This document shows positions 7,602 to 16,854 of a DNA stretch of 45,523 nt, piece by piece. How positions within the stretch are numbered: the stretch's first letter is position 1; each line of letters begins with the position of its first letter. The DNA is from a virus. Taxonomy: Duplodnaviria; Caudoviricetes. Both the position numbers and the translations under genes were made by a program. Under the pieces are notes generated by a model. That model was not told the origin of the DNA. It saw only the letters and a list, made by a program, of their open reading frames with translations, and ran no database searches. Location: positions 1 through 45,523 of the IMG/VR virus record IMGVR_UViG_3300044708_000233. One strand, written 5' to 3'.

Positions 7602-10124
7602 ATGGCCGAGGTCGTCGTCCTGCGCAACCCCCTTGACACGAGCCGGCGCCGCCGCTGCCGCCTGGCCGATGGTGTCATGTTGCTTGACTGGGTCGAACGC
7701 GAGGAGCCGGCCGGCGGGCACCTGATGCGCGCGGTCTATGTCAATGGCCACGTCTGCACGGACGTGACCTACCGCACGCAGCCCGGCGACGAGGTGCTCG
7801 TCGCGTTCGCGCCGGGCGAAATTGTGGGCATGGCGGTGGTGCAGGCGCTGGTCGCCTTCGTGATCGGCTTCTTCGTCAACGCGCTGTTCGGCCCGAAGCA
7901 GCCGACCGCGGCCGACACGCCCCAGGCCTCTCAGGTCTACGGTATCGCGCCTCCGCGCAACGCGGTGCGCCTCGGCCAGCCCATCCCGGCCATCTATGGC
8001 TCGGTCATTTGCCTGCCCGATTTCGCTGCGCAGCCCTACACGTTCTTTTTCGGCAATGAACAGTACCTGCACGCCATCCTCTGCGTGGGCCTGGGCGAAT
8101 TCGACGTGACCGAGATGCTTTTCGGACAGACTTCGGCCGGGCCAGCCGCAACGCCGACCATTCCCGCAAGCGTCGTGCAGTGGACGGTGTTTCTACCCGC
8201 GACGCACGGCTCGACGTTCGGCGTGATCGAAGGCAATCGCGGCGTGCGGGAAAACGTCGTGAGCTCGTCCGCCGTGGGCAATCAGGAACTCGTCGCGCTG
8301 AATGCCGGCGGTGCGCTCGTGCCCTCGACGTGGTATTGGGCGTTCGGCAGTACGTTCGGCTCCGAGTATCCGCTCGGTGTTCATCTGTATAACTACGGGT
8401 CGCCGGCCGCCAAGCTCAGCGCGCTGCCGCAAAATCCCGCGCTCGGCGTCACGGCGCTGGCAACGGTGGCCATCATCTATCAACCCAGCGGTCTACCCAA
8501 TCGATATACCTGCGGTACGTATACGGCTACCGCCTACGTACCCTCGCAGAAGACCGGCTACTACGACTTGGTCCCGCCACCGGGCTACAGCCAATCGGGA
8601 CAGGTGAAATGGATCGGACCCTTCGCGACGTGCAAGCCCGGACAGCGTGGCAGCCTCATCGAGCTCGACTTCGTGTTTCCGAACGGACTGTATGTCGGGG
8701 ACTCGTCGGGCAACCTGCAAAACTGCACTGTGCAAATCACCACCGAGGCGCAAGCCATCGACGATAAAGGCGTCGATATTCCAGGCGCGCCGCTGACGTT
8801 CGTCGACACCTTCGTCGCGAAGGACAACACGCCGCAGCGCCAGACCGTCAAGCACGACGTCCCATCCGGCCGCTACCGCGTGCGCGCCCAGCGCACGAGT
8901 AATTCCGATCTCAAGGCTACGACCGCCGACCATGTCATTTGGGCCGGCTTGAAGTTCCAGCTCGACCCGCCACCCGCGGGCACGCGGGTCTACGGGGACG
9001 TCACCCTCATCGCGGTCGTGCTCAAGGCCACGAACGGCATTGCGAGCGACGCTGCGTCGAGCATGCGCTTTCGCGTCACGCGACGCCTGCGACCGCTGGC
9101 CGATGCGTCGGCCGCTACCGCACCCACGGTCAATCCGGCCGATGCGTTCGCCGATATCCTCTGCGCTCCCTACGGCGGCGCGCGCCCGAGTACAGCCGAC
9201 AAGATCGGCGACGAGCTCGACATCCCCGAACTGACCATGAGCCGCAATGCCTGGGCGGCGCACGACGGCTTCAATGCGGTATTCGATCAGCCCTCGACAG
9301 TGTGGGAGGCGCTCGGTCTGTCGGTGCAGACGGTGCATGCCGCACCCCTGCCAGTAGGCTCGCGCATGTCGCTCATTCACGACCAGGTACAACCCGTGCG
9401 GGCGCAGCTGTTCACGGATGCCAACATCGTCGCCGGCTCACTCAAGGTGAACCAGACCTTCGACCGCGTGGGCACGCCCGAGGGCGTGCGTGTGAACTGG
9501 CGCGACCCGACCACGTTCGGAGTTGTCGCGCTCCTGGTGCCACCCGATGCCCCCGACTTTTCGACGATCGACCTGTTCGGCTGCACGTCGGGCACCGTGG
9601 CGCAGGAGCACGCCAACCTCGCGGCGGCCAAGCGTCAGAAGCAGCGCGCCTCCATCGAGTTCGAGTGCGAGCTCGAAGGGCTCAACGTCTTGCCCGGCGA
9701 CCGTATCGGCGTCGCAGCTGGGATGGTGAAGTGGGCCCAAGGCGCGCGCGTGGAGTCCGTCGATGGGCTGGTGCTGACGCTGTCGACGCCGCTCATATGG
9801 ACGTCCGGCGCGGTGCACGCGGTGCAATTGCGCGACCCGGCCGGCGCGCCGGTGCGAATGGTGGGCGTCACGCGGGGCGATGCTGACAACGTCGTCGTGT
9901 TGCCCTCGGTGCCGTCCTTCACCGTCACGGGCGCGAATGCCAATCAGGAGGCGACCTCGCTGTCCTTTGGAGTGCAGGACCAGGAGATTACCGATTGGAC
10001 GGTCACGAAGGTCACGCCCTCGGGTTCGACGGTGACGCTGGAGTGCCTGACTTACGATCCCTCGATCTATGCCGGCGCCGCAGCCTTCACGCGCGGCGCG
10101 ATCACCCTGGACGAGGAGGCTTGA
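7602..10124 (+). CDS. Tail tip/host-specificity protein (gpJ-like hub with N-terminal gpI-like part), 840 aa
   Basis: N.VRLGQPIPAIYG, YLHAILCVGLG, GRYRVRAQR, TVNPA.A..D, LFTDANIVAGS, C-terminal YDPSIY. Confidence 0.85.
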   Translation: MAEVVVLRNPLDTSRRRRCRLADGVMLLDWVEREEPAGGHLMRAVYVNGHVCTDVTYRTQPGDEVLVAFAPGEIVGMAVVQALVAFVIGFFVNALFGPKQPTAADTPQASQVYGIAPPRNAVRLGQPIPAIYGSVICLPDFAAQPYTFFFGNEQYLHAILCVGLGEFDVTEMLFGQTSAGPAATPTIPASVVQWTVFLPATHGSTFGVIEGNRGVRENVVSSSAVGNQELVALNAGGALVPSTWYWAFGSTFGSEYPLGVHLYNYGSPAAKLSALPQNPALGVTALATVAIIYQPSGLPNRYTCGTYTATAYVPSQKTGYYDLVPPPGYSQSGQVKWIGPFATCKPGQRGSLIELDFVFPNGLYVGDSSGNLQNCTVQITTEAQAIDDKGVDIPGAPLTFVDTFVAKDNTPQRQTVKHDVPSGRYRVRAQRTSNSDLKATTADHVIWAGLKFQLDPPPAGTRVYGDVTLIAVVLKATNGIASDAASSMRFRVTRRLRPLADASAATAPTVNPADAFADILCAPYGGARPSTADKIGDELDIPELTMSRNAWAAHDGFNAVFDQPSTVWEALGLSVQTVHAAPLPVGSRMSLIHDQVQPVRAQLFTDANIVAGSLKVNQTFDRVGTPEGVRVNWRDPTTFGVVALLVPPDAPDFSTIDLFGCTSGTVAQEHANLAAAKRQKQRASIEFECELEGLNVLPGDRIGVAAGMVKWAQGARVESVDGLVLTLSTPLIWTSGAVHAVQLRDPAGAPVRMVGVTRGDADNVVVLPSVPSFTVTGANANQEATSLSFGVQDQEITDWTVTKVTPSGSTVTLECLTYDPSIYAGAAAFTRGAITLDEEA

Positions 10125-10130
10125 GAACCC

Positions 10131-10661
10131 ATGCTCATTTACCCGACCCTCTTGCCCTGTGCATCTCGCATCGAAGGTCATTCGGCGAGCGCGTTCGCGG
10201 GCCTCGTGCGTACGCCCATGGAGTCGGGCAACATGCGCCAGCGGCGCGCGCAGCGGGTGCTGCCGCAGCAGGTCTCGCTGACCTTCGTCATCGACCAGAG
10301 CGCCTACAGTGACTGGCTTGCATGGGTCAACGAATATGCCTGGGACGAATGGATCCTGATGAACTTGCCCGGGCTGCGCGCGAGCACCAGCGGCACCGAT
10401 ACGGCGCCGACCGCCGTGCGGTTCATCTCCGAGCTGCAAAGCGAGCTCATCCCCATCGACCGCCGGTGGCTGTGGCGTGCCCGTGTCACGGCCGAATACG
10501 TGCCGGCCGCGGCCGATTTCCTCGCGACCCATGGCGTGTGGATTGTCCCGGGGCAGCCGGCCGTGCCCGAACCGGCCTGGGTCTTCGCGGGGTCGCCCGA
10601 GTCGCCTTCGCCGGTTTTCACCGACCCGGGCACGCCACAGCTGCCCACCGTTGGCGTTTGA
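10131..10661 (+). CDS. Distal-tail (Dit/gpM-like) protein, paralog 1
   Basis: YP..LP..LVRTPMESG..RQRR...V.L.F...W..W...W..M.LP motif; Pro/Gly repeat tail. Confidence 0.65.
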   Translation: MLIYPTLLPCASRIEGHSASAFAGLVRTPMESGNMRQRRAQRVLPQQVSLTFVIDQSAYSDWLAWVNEYAWDEWILMNLPGLRASTSGTDTAPTAVRFISELQSELIPIDRRWLWRARVTAEYVPAAADFLATHGVWIVPGQPAVPEPAWVFAGSPESPSPVFTDPGTPQLPTVGV

Positions 10662-10673
10662 GGAGTTCACCTC

Positions 10674-12584
10674 GTGGCTGATATTCCTGCGCGCACCCGG
10701 CTCCTCATCGGCTCGACGTCGGAATGGGCGGCCAGTGACTTGGTGCTGGGTTTGGGCGAGCTCGTCGTCGAGCGTGCGGATGCGGTGGTCAAGCTCAAGG
10801 CGGGCGACGGCGTGACGCGGTACTCGGGGTTGCCCTTCGTGACGGCTGTTCCCGACGTGCCGCTCGAGTACCTGACCCAGACCGAAGGCGACGCGCGCTA
10901 TCTGCAGCTCGCAGGCATTTCGGTGGCACCGGCCGCGAACGCCGTGCCGCGCCTGGATGCGATGGGACTGCTGGCTAGCGGGATGATCCCTCCGCTGGCA
11001 TACCTCACCCAGACCGGGGCGGATGCGCGTTACCTGCAACTCAGTGGGATTGCGACTACGCCGACCGCGAACGCCGTGCCGCGCCTGGGCGCCGGCGGCA
11101 TGCTCGCCGCGGGCATGATCCCGGCGCCTGCGGCGATCGATGTCTCCACGGGTGTGGCCGATGCGGGCAAGCTGGTCAAGACGGCATCGACCGGCAAGCT
11201 GGACCAATCGCTGATCGCCTTCGCCCAAGATGTGGCGCTGCCTGACGGCAAGCGGCTCGCATGGGGCGACGGCTCGGCCTACATCCAAGGCAGCGGCGCG
11301 ACCGATGCGCTCACTGTGGGCGGCGCGACCTTGCGGCTATTTGGGGCTGCCTCTGGCGTGCTGGGCGTGCGCGAGGGAGGTGCCTACGGAGGTGCCGCGG
11401 CGAATGCGGCCTACGACACGCTCGTACTCGAGTCCAACGGGCAATCGGGCATTTCGATCCTGAGTCCGAACAACGTGTCTACGGGCATCGCCTTCGGGGA
11501 TCCCGAGAGCGCGACGCAAGGCTGGTTGCAGTACGACCACGCCACCGATACGACTTATATCGGTGCGGCCGGGGCGTCGAGGCTTGCGGTCTACGCGGGC
11601 TCGGTTCGGCCGCTGGCCCAGGTGCAGACGCCGGACGGCACGGCAGCAGCACCGGCTTACGCGTGGCTGGGATCGAATGGGCTTGGGCTGTATCGGCCCG
11701 CGGCTGATACGTTGGGTTTCGCCACGGCAAGCGTGGAAAAAATGCGCCTCATGCCATCGACGGATGCGCAATTGCTGGTTGGGTTGACTGTCCCCCTCGC
11801 TTCTGTCGCAGGACGTGGTGACATCGAAATTAACGGCGCCACCGAATCGACTATGACATTTGGCGTCGGCGGAATGACGGCGGGTATTTTGTATGCCAAT
11901 GCAACGGAATTTAGAATTGGCGCGTCGACCGGTGGCGCAGTGCGCTTCATGACATTTCGTACTGGCGGCGCTGAAAAAGTACACATTACGGAATCCGCTG
12001 ATGCGCAATTGCTTGTCGGCATGACGGCGCCCATTAATTTTGCAACCGGACGCGGATACATCGGTGTGAATGGTGGCTCAAGTTCGATCATTGATTTTTG
12101 TGTCGGTGGAGCATTAAGGGCCTATTTATTCGAAGACACCACAAATTTTTCGATGATGCACAATGGAGCAGGCAGCATCTATCTGGGTATCGGTGGCGCA
12201 CAAAAATTACAAGTCTCCAGTACGCAGCTTCTCGACCAAATCAACGGCGGGGTGGAGCTCGGTTGGCGCGATATGCCTGTGTCCAGCGTGGGCGGTAGCA
12301 TCACGGTCGATCGTGGGCACCGCGGGCGGTTGTTGATCGTGACCGGCGCCGCGGCGGCGATCACGCTTCCCGGTGATAGCGTCTTCAACGCCGGCGAAGG
12401 GTTTACGATTTTCAACCTGTCAGGCGGCAGCATCACGGTCGTCGAGCGCGTCACCGGCAGCCGCGCCTATCTGCGGTGGAACGGCATCACCGCCGGAACG
12501 CGCACACTGGCCGCGAACGGGACAGGTCGAATCTTCAGCATCGGCGGCAACACGTTCGTGATGACAGGCGAGCTGATCTCGTGA
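10674..12584 (+). CDS. Tail fibre/receptor-binding protein 1, 636 aa
   Basis: N-terminal Mtd_N/hyaluronidase-like anchor (W...DLVL..GE...E..KLKAGDG..YSGLPFV); Gly-rich beta repeats; DGTAAAPAY motif. Confidence 0.8.
   Translation: MADIPARTRLLIGSTSEWAASDLVLGLGELVVERADAVVKLKAGDGVTRYSGLPFVTAVPDVPLEYLTQTEGDARYLQLAGISVAPAANAVPRLDAMGLLASGMIPPLAYLTQTGADARYLQLSGIATTPTANAVPRLGAGGMLAAGMIPAPAAIDVSTGVADAGKLVKTASTGKLDQSLIAFAQDVALPDGKRLAWGDGSAYIQGSGATDALTVGGATLRLFGAASGVLGVREGGAYGGAAANAAYDTLVLESNGQSGISILSPNNVSTGIAFGDPESATQGWLQYDHATDTTYIGAAGASRLAVYAGSVRPLAQVQTPDGTAAAPAYAWLGSNGLGLYRPAADTLGFATASVEKMRLMPSTDAQLLVGLTVPLASVAGRGDIEINGATESTMTFGVGGMTAGILYANATEFRIGASTGGAVRFMTFRTGGAEKVHITESADAQLLVGMTAPINFATGRGYIGVNGGSSSIIDFCVGGALRAYLFEDTTNFSMMHNGAGSIYLGIGGAQKLQVSSTQLLDQINGGVELGWRDMPVSSVGGSITVDRGHRGRLLIVTGAAAAITLPGDSVFNAGEGFTIFNLSGGSITVVERVTGSRAYLRWNGITAGTRTLAANGTGRIFSIGGNTFVMTGELIS
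10869..11125 (+). repeat. Two tandem 132-bp (44 aa) repeats in fibre 1
   Basis: YLTQT..DARYLQL.GI...P.ANAVPRL...G.LA.GMIP starts at 10869 and 11001. Confidence 0.9.
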
Positions 12585-12620
12585 CCGCATCACAGTTTCA
12601 ATCGCAAAGGAGTAAACGCC

Positions 12621-12887
12621 ATGGATCGCTATTCGTTCATCTTCACTGGCGCAGGCTACGCCTACACACGCCAGGTGCTCGGTCAACGCCCACACGACGA
12701 GGTGCGCCCGCTGATTGACAGCCTGGAGATGCAGAAGGCCGGGCAAGAGCAGCCGGCCAAGGCGTCGCCTGCACGAGTGTCGGCATCCTCGATGCCGCCG
12801 CGTCCGCGTCGCGGCCGGCCGCCCTCCGTCAAGCCAGCAGTCAGCAACGGCAACGGCGCGCCGCACGACGCCGGCGGTACTGTGTAG
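12621..12887 (+). CDS. Small hypothetical protein (possible fibre chaperone) with AT-hook-like RRGRPP tail
   Basis: AAGGAG RBS; VLGQRPHDEVRPLI motif resembles small post-fibre proteins. Confidence 0.6.
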   Translation: MDRYSFIFTGAGYAYTRQVLGQRPHDEVRPLIDSLEMQKAGQEQPAKASPARVSASSMPPRPRRGRPPSVKPAVSNGNGAPHDAGGTV

Positions 12888-12908
12888 CCTTCCGCCCGGC
12901 GTTTCGCG

Positions 12909-13433
12909 ATGCTGGCCTACCCGTCCACCCTGCCGTGCGTGTCTCGCATCGAGGGCCATTCGGCGACCGCTTTCGCTGGGCTGGTGCGTACGCCGATGGA
13001 AGCCGGCAGCGCGCGCCAGCGTCGCACGCACCGCGTGCTGCCGCACCAGATGACGCTCGTCTTTGTCATGGCCCAGGAGGTCTATGGAGACTGGCTGGCC
13101 TGGGTGAACGACAACGCGTTTGACCAATGGATCGCGCTGAAGCTGCCGGGCTTTCTCGCCTCGCGGGCAGGCACCGATACCGCAGCCGTTCCGGTGCGAT
13201 TTGTCTCCGATCTCACGATGGAGCTGATCCCCGCGCACCGCCTCTGGTACTGGCGCGCCCGCGTCAATGCCGAATGGCTGCCCTCAAGCGACGACCTGGC
13301 GTCGCGACCGTTCGGCCCGTGGGTTGTGTCGGGCGGCTCACATACCGACTGGGTCATCGCCGGCACGCCGGCGCAGCCTTCGCCCGACACGGTGACCAGC
13401 GGCACGCCTATCACGCCGAGCGCGGCCTATTGA
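12909..13433 (+). CDS. Distal-tail (Dit/gpM-like) protein, paralog 2
   Basis: 81 of the first 125 aa identical to 10131..10661 by manual alignment. Confidence 0.65.
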   Translation: MLAYPSTLPCVSRIEGHSATAFAGLVRTPMEAGSARQRRTHRVLPHQMTLVFVMAQEVYGDWLAWVNDNAFDQWIALKLPGFLASRAGTDTAAVPVRFVSDLTMELIPAHRLWYWRARVNAEWLPSSDDLASRPFGPWVVSGGSHTDWVIAGTPAQPSPDTVTSGTPITPSAAY

Positions 13434-13456
13434 ATTTGACTTGGGAGTTTTCCATC

Positions 13457-15124
13457 ATGACTGACCAGCTCGCGCGTCAGCGGCAATTGATCGGCACGGC
13501 GGCCGACTGGAGCCTGAACGATTTGAAGCTCGCCGACGGTGAAGTCGCCATCGAGCGGCCCACGACGGCCGGGCTCGTGCCGCGGTTCAAATTCGGCTTC
13601 GGTGGCAAGCGGTACAGCGAGCTCCCCTACGTGGGCGAGACCGTCGTCAGTGCCTCCAGCTACGGGCTGGACCCCACGGGCGGCGCGAGCAACGACCTGG
13701 CCTTTTCCAAGCTCGTGGCCGACGTGAACGCCGTCCCGCTATCGGCCCGCCCTGTGGCGGTTCGCTTCGAGAAGGGCGTCTACAAATACGGGATTACGCT
13801 CGATTTCAGGCGACCGGTCTGCCTCTATGCGGCAGGCGACGCGACGCTGAACTACACGGGCAACACCATCGCGCTTAAGCTCGGGCCCGATGACATCGCG
13901 AATTTCGACGTCTACCTGCAAGGCGAATACACCGTGGACGGCCTGCGCTTTACCGGCGGCGCGCTCGCGACGCATGCGATCTACATTAACGAGAAAGTCA
14001 TCGAGCCGCGCATTCGCAATTGCACTTTCGAAGACTTCGGCACGCCCACCAGTTACGACGTTTTCGGGCAGTACGAAAACTGGGATGTCCTTGTCGAAAA
14101 CTGCCGCAAGCTGACCTATTCAAGTCCGACCGCGGTCGGCCACTTCATCGCGTTCCCGGGCCGCAAACGCGATAACTCGGCCTACGATGGCGGCAATTCG
14201 CGGGTGACGATCCGCGATTGCTTCATGACGAGCTACTCGGGGCAGCACATGGGAATTTTTGCCTATGTGAATGCGGTCAAGTCGCGCATCATGGGCGGCG
14301 GCTTCCAGCACAGCTCGGGCGGCATCCAGCTGGGGGGGCTGGCAAGTGGCACGATCATTGACGGCGTCTATACCGAGCTCTCGACGCCGACCTCGCCCTA
14401 TTACATCCAGGCCTTCAGTATCGACGCGGGCGGCGGGCAGTTCCATCACCCGCAAAACGTCATCGTTCGGGGCGGCTACATCAACGCGCACCAGGAAGTC
14501 ATCGGCGGCGCGGGACGGCTGCTGAAAGCGGGCGACGCGAACGTCAAGATCACCGGCTGGTCGATCGAGGATTTGTCGGTCGCAAGCTTTCAGAATGGAC
14601 AGATCCTCATCGAGCAGAACGATATCGCCGGGCAGGGTCGAAACGTGTACAAGAATTTGCGTTCCTACTGGACGCCGCTCGAAACCGACCCGGGCGACCG
14701 CTTCGCCTTGCGCGGCACCTATGCAAACGCGGAAGCCTGGGGATCATTCGACGCATCGGACATTGCCTGGACACCATCGCTCGGCGGCTCGGCCACCTAC
14801 ACGGCCCGCTCAGGCCGCGAGGTGCTACAGGGCAAGACCGTCACGGCCACCTTCGACATGACCGTGAACGTACTCGGAACTGGCAGCACGTCCGTCATCA
14901 GCGGCCTACATTTCCCGTGCGGGCCGAACTCCGGGGCCGGGTCGGTGGGCTTTTACGTCGGCCTCGCGGTCGCGCCGGTCTCGCTCGCGCTGCGCGTCGA
15001 TGCGGGGACGTCGGCCATCACGGTGACCGGGCTCACGGCGGCGGCAGCGACGATGCCCGGCACGCTGGGTGTGTTCGCCAGCGGGGCGCGACTACAGGGC
15101 TCGGTGACGTATCAGACTGCCTGA
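13457..15124 (+). CDS. Tailspike/receptor-binding protein 2 (beta-helix, depolymerase-like), 555 aa
   Basis: Mtd_N-like N-terminus paralogous to fibre 1; YGLDPTG..SNDLAF...F.KGVY pectate-lyase-3-like motif; beta-helix repeats (IRNCTF, VENC, IRDC); GGGAG RBS. Confidence 0.8.
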   Translation: MTDQLARQRQLIGTAADWSLNDLKLADGEVAIERPTTAGLVPRFKFGFGGKRYSELPYVGETVVSASSYGLDPTGGASNDLAFSKLVADVNAVPLSARPVAVRFEKGVYKYGITLDFRRPVCLYAAGDATLNYTGNTIALKLGPDDIANFDVYLQGEYTVDGLRFTGGALATHAIYINEKVIEPRIRNCTFEDFGTPTSYDVFGQYENWDVLVENCRKLTYSSPTAVGHFIAFPGRKRDNSAYDGGNSRVTIRDCFMTSYSGQHMGIFAYVNAVKSRIMGGGFQHSSGGIQLGGLASGTIIDGVYTELSTPTSPYYIQAFSIDAGGGQFHHPQNVIVRGGYINAHQEVIGGAGRLLKAGDANVKITGWSIEDLSVASFQNGQILIEQNDIAGQGRNVYKNLRSYWTPLETDPGDRFALRGTYANAEAWGSFDASDIAWTPSLGGSATYTARSGREVLQGKTVTATFDMTVNVLGTGSTSVISGLHFPCGPNSGAGSVGFYVGLAVAPVSLALRVDAGTSAITVTGLTAAAATMPGTLGVFASGARLQGSVTYQTA

Positions 15125-15136
15125 AAGGGCGAGGCC

Positions 15137-15346
15137 ATGCTTCGGTCTGTTGCGCCCTGGGCTGCTGTGCTTGCCCTGTCGCTGCCCGGCTGCATGACGA
15201 TGGACGGCCCCTGCCAACTCGAGCGCGATGCCGGCGCCGAGCGCGCGCGACTGACGGTGCAGTGCGAGGCGGGCGGCGTCGTCACCATCATGGCGCCGGG
15301 CCGCCTGCTCGAGGCCGCGGGCCGCGCGGCGAGCGCCGCGCAGTAG
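15137..15346 (+). CDS. Small predicted lipoprotein, 69 aa
   Basis: Hydrophobic signal ending in a LSLPGC lipobox; GAGG RBS. Confidence 0.55.
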   Translation: MLRSVAPWAAVLALSLPGCMTMDGPCQLERDAGAERARLTVQCEAGGVVTIMAPGRLLEAAGRAASAAQ

Positions 15347-15356
15347 GGGGTGCTTT

Positions 15357-15623
15357 CTACTTCGGCGCGGGCGTGTCCGTCAGCTTGCGCAGGTAGACCT
15401 CGTGTGGGTGGCCGAAGGACATCGTCATCCCCCAGGGTTCGTCCATCTCTCGTTCGAGCCACGGACACGCGGTCTCACAGCACACGACGAGGCCTCCGAC
15501 GGTCTCATCGAGGATGACGCCGCCTGCCGACACCTTGCCGCAGTCGCCGAAACAGTGCTTCTCGATGAGCGATCGCTGCTGTGGGACGTCGATCAACAGG
15601 CCGAAGATTTTGGTCGGTGTCAT
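15357..15623 (-). CDS. Hypothetical Cys-rich protein, 88 aa
   Basis: ATGA overlap with the GH5 stop; GGAGG upstream. Confidence 0.55.
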   Translation of the reverse strand: MTPTKIFGLLIDVPQQRSLIEKHCFGDCGKVSAGGVILDETVGGLVVCCETACPWLEREMDEPWGMTMSFGHPHEVYLRKLTDTPAPK

Positions 15624-16657
15624 GCGCTCCACGCCTCCTCGAGCACGGCCATCTCGTCCGTCTTCTGCACCCAGCCCGTGCCGGTCTGGTTCTTGTAGTT
15701 GAGGCCGTAGTCGTCCTCGTTGTCGGTGTTTTGCTTCCACTGCCACCAGCAGTAGCCCGTGCCCGTATCCTCCATGGCCTGCAGCGCGCGACGCATGAGA
15801 TGGCGATCGGGGTCGTAGTTCGTCTTGCGCCCGAGCTGCTGCACGAACACGGGCACCCCGCGCGTGTCGCGCAAGTGCAGGAGCGCCGCGAGACCGTCAT
15901 CGAATCTCGATGGGTTCGAGACGTACGGATTCAACAGGTTGCCGGTATAGACGACGTCCGAGCGTTCCTCGAGGAACGCTTCCTCGCACAGCTCGATGGC
16001 GTAGCCGTCGCGCGCCCCGATGAGAAACGGCGTGTCCATGTCGATGTGCGGCTGCCGGATGGCCGCGATGCACTCGCGATAGAACTCGCGCACGGGCGCG
16101 GCATACTCGGGCCCGCGCTTGCCCGCGGGCTCGGGCAGGAGCTCGAGGAAGGCGATCTTCGCCACCGTGCGCAGGCGCGCGGAGGCCGCCGGCCAGACGA
16201 CCTGTGAGAAAACGCGCCGCATGGCTGGGTCGGTGAAGAAATTCCGCCCGCGCGCGCCCCATGATTGATAGGGGTCGCAATACGCCATCGTGCCGGCGTC
16301 CTGCGTGCCGCTCTGGCCGCAGTTGCTATCGATGAAGGGCACCACCCACATGCCCTCGGCAGCGACGGCGGCGATGAGGGCGAGCCATCGCTCGAAATGC
16401 GTGCGACGCAAGAACGCAAACGCGTCGTTGTCGCGCGAGTCGACCGTTGGGTCGCCGTGCTTGCCCCACCAGCGCAGGCACACGCGCACGATGTTCGCAC
16501 CCATGGCGGCGACCGGCGTCGCATCCACGGGATCGTCCTCGCCCCACGAGCCGAAGTTCAGGCCGCGCGGGACGAACTCCTGGCCGTTGGGCTTGAGCAG
16601 ACGCGCACCGTCCACGCGCAGGCGGGGCGGCAGGTCGGTATCGGTCTCGGTGGTCAT
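15620..16657 (-). CDS. Glycoside hydrolase family 5-like TIM-barrel protein, 345 aa
   Basis: LRVDG..L..PNG..F..RGLN, MGANIVRV, ELLPEP, PVFVQQLG, GYCWWQWK correspond to GH5 strands. Confidence 0.8.
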   Translation of the reverse strand: MTTETDTDLPPRLRVDGARLLKPNGQEFVPRGLNFGSWGEDDPVDATPVAAMGANIVRVCLRWWGKHGDPTVDSRDNDAFAFLRRTHFERWLALIAAVAAEGMWVVPFIDSNCGQSGTQDAGTMAYCDPYQSWGARGRNFFTDPAMRRVFSQVVWPAASARLRTVAKIAFLELLPEPAGKRGPEYAAPVREFYRECIAAIRQPHIDMDTPFLIGARDGYAIELCEEAFLEERSDVVYTGNLLNPYVSNPSRFDDGLAALLHLRDTRGVPVFVQQLGRKTNYDPDRHLMRRALQAMEDTGTGYCWWQWKQNTDNEDDYGLNYKNQTGTGWVQKTDEMAVLEEAWSA

Positions 16658-16854
16658 GGTCGCCTCGGCGCCTGGTGCGGCGGGATTTGCTCGACCGTCT
16701 GCTGCGCCGCGGGCAGCGCCGGCGGATCCAGGCACCAGCCGAGCGCGGTCGTCCGCACGAGCCGCACCGCATGCAACCACTGCTGCTGCAGGTACGGGTC
16801 GTCCGGGTACAGGATGCGCGCCTGCCGGTCGAGCTCGTTGTCGTCGCGGGTCAT
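16654..16854 (-). CDS. Hypothetical protein, 66 aa
   Basis: ATGA overlaps at both ends; ARILYPDDPYLQQQWL.AV.LVR.T..GW.L. Confidence 0.6.
   Translation of the reverse strand: MTRDDNELDRQARILYPDDPYLQQQWLHAVRLVRTTALGWCLDPPALPAAQQTVEQIPPHQAPRRP

Noticed and set aside
4027-11288. Long antisense ORFs (4027..5541, 9438..11288; likewise 18310..20034 and 37590..39005)
   Set aside because: Typical high-GC shadow frames opposite well-supported genes, with no motifs
10674-15124. Diversity-generating retroelement suggested by the Mtd_N-like domains
   Set aside because: No reverse transcriptase and no TR/VR pair differing at adenines was seen
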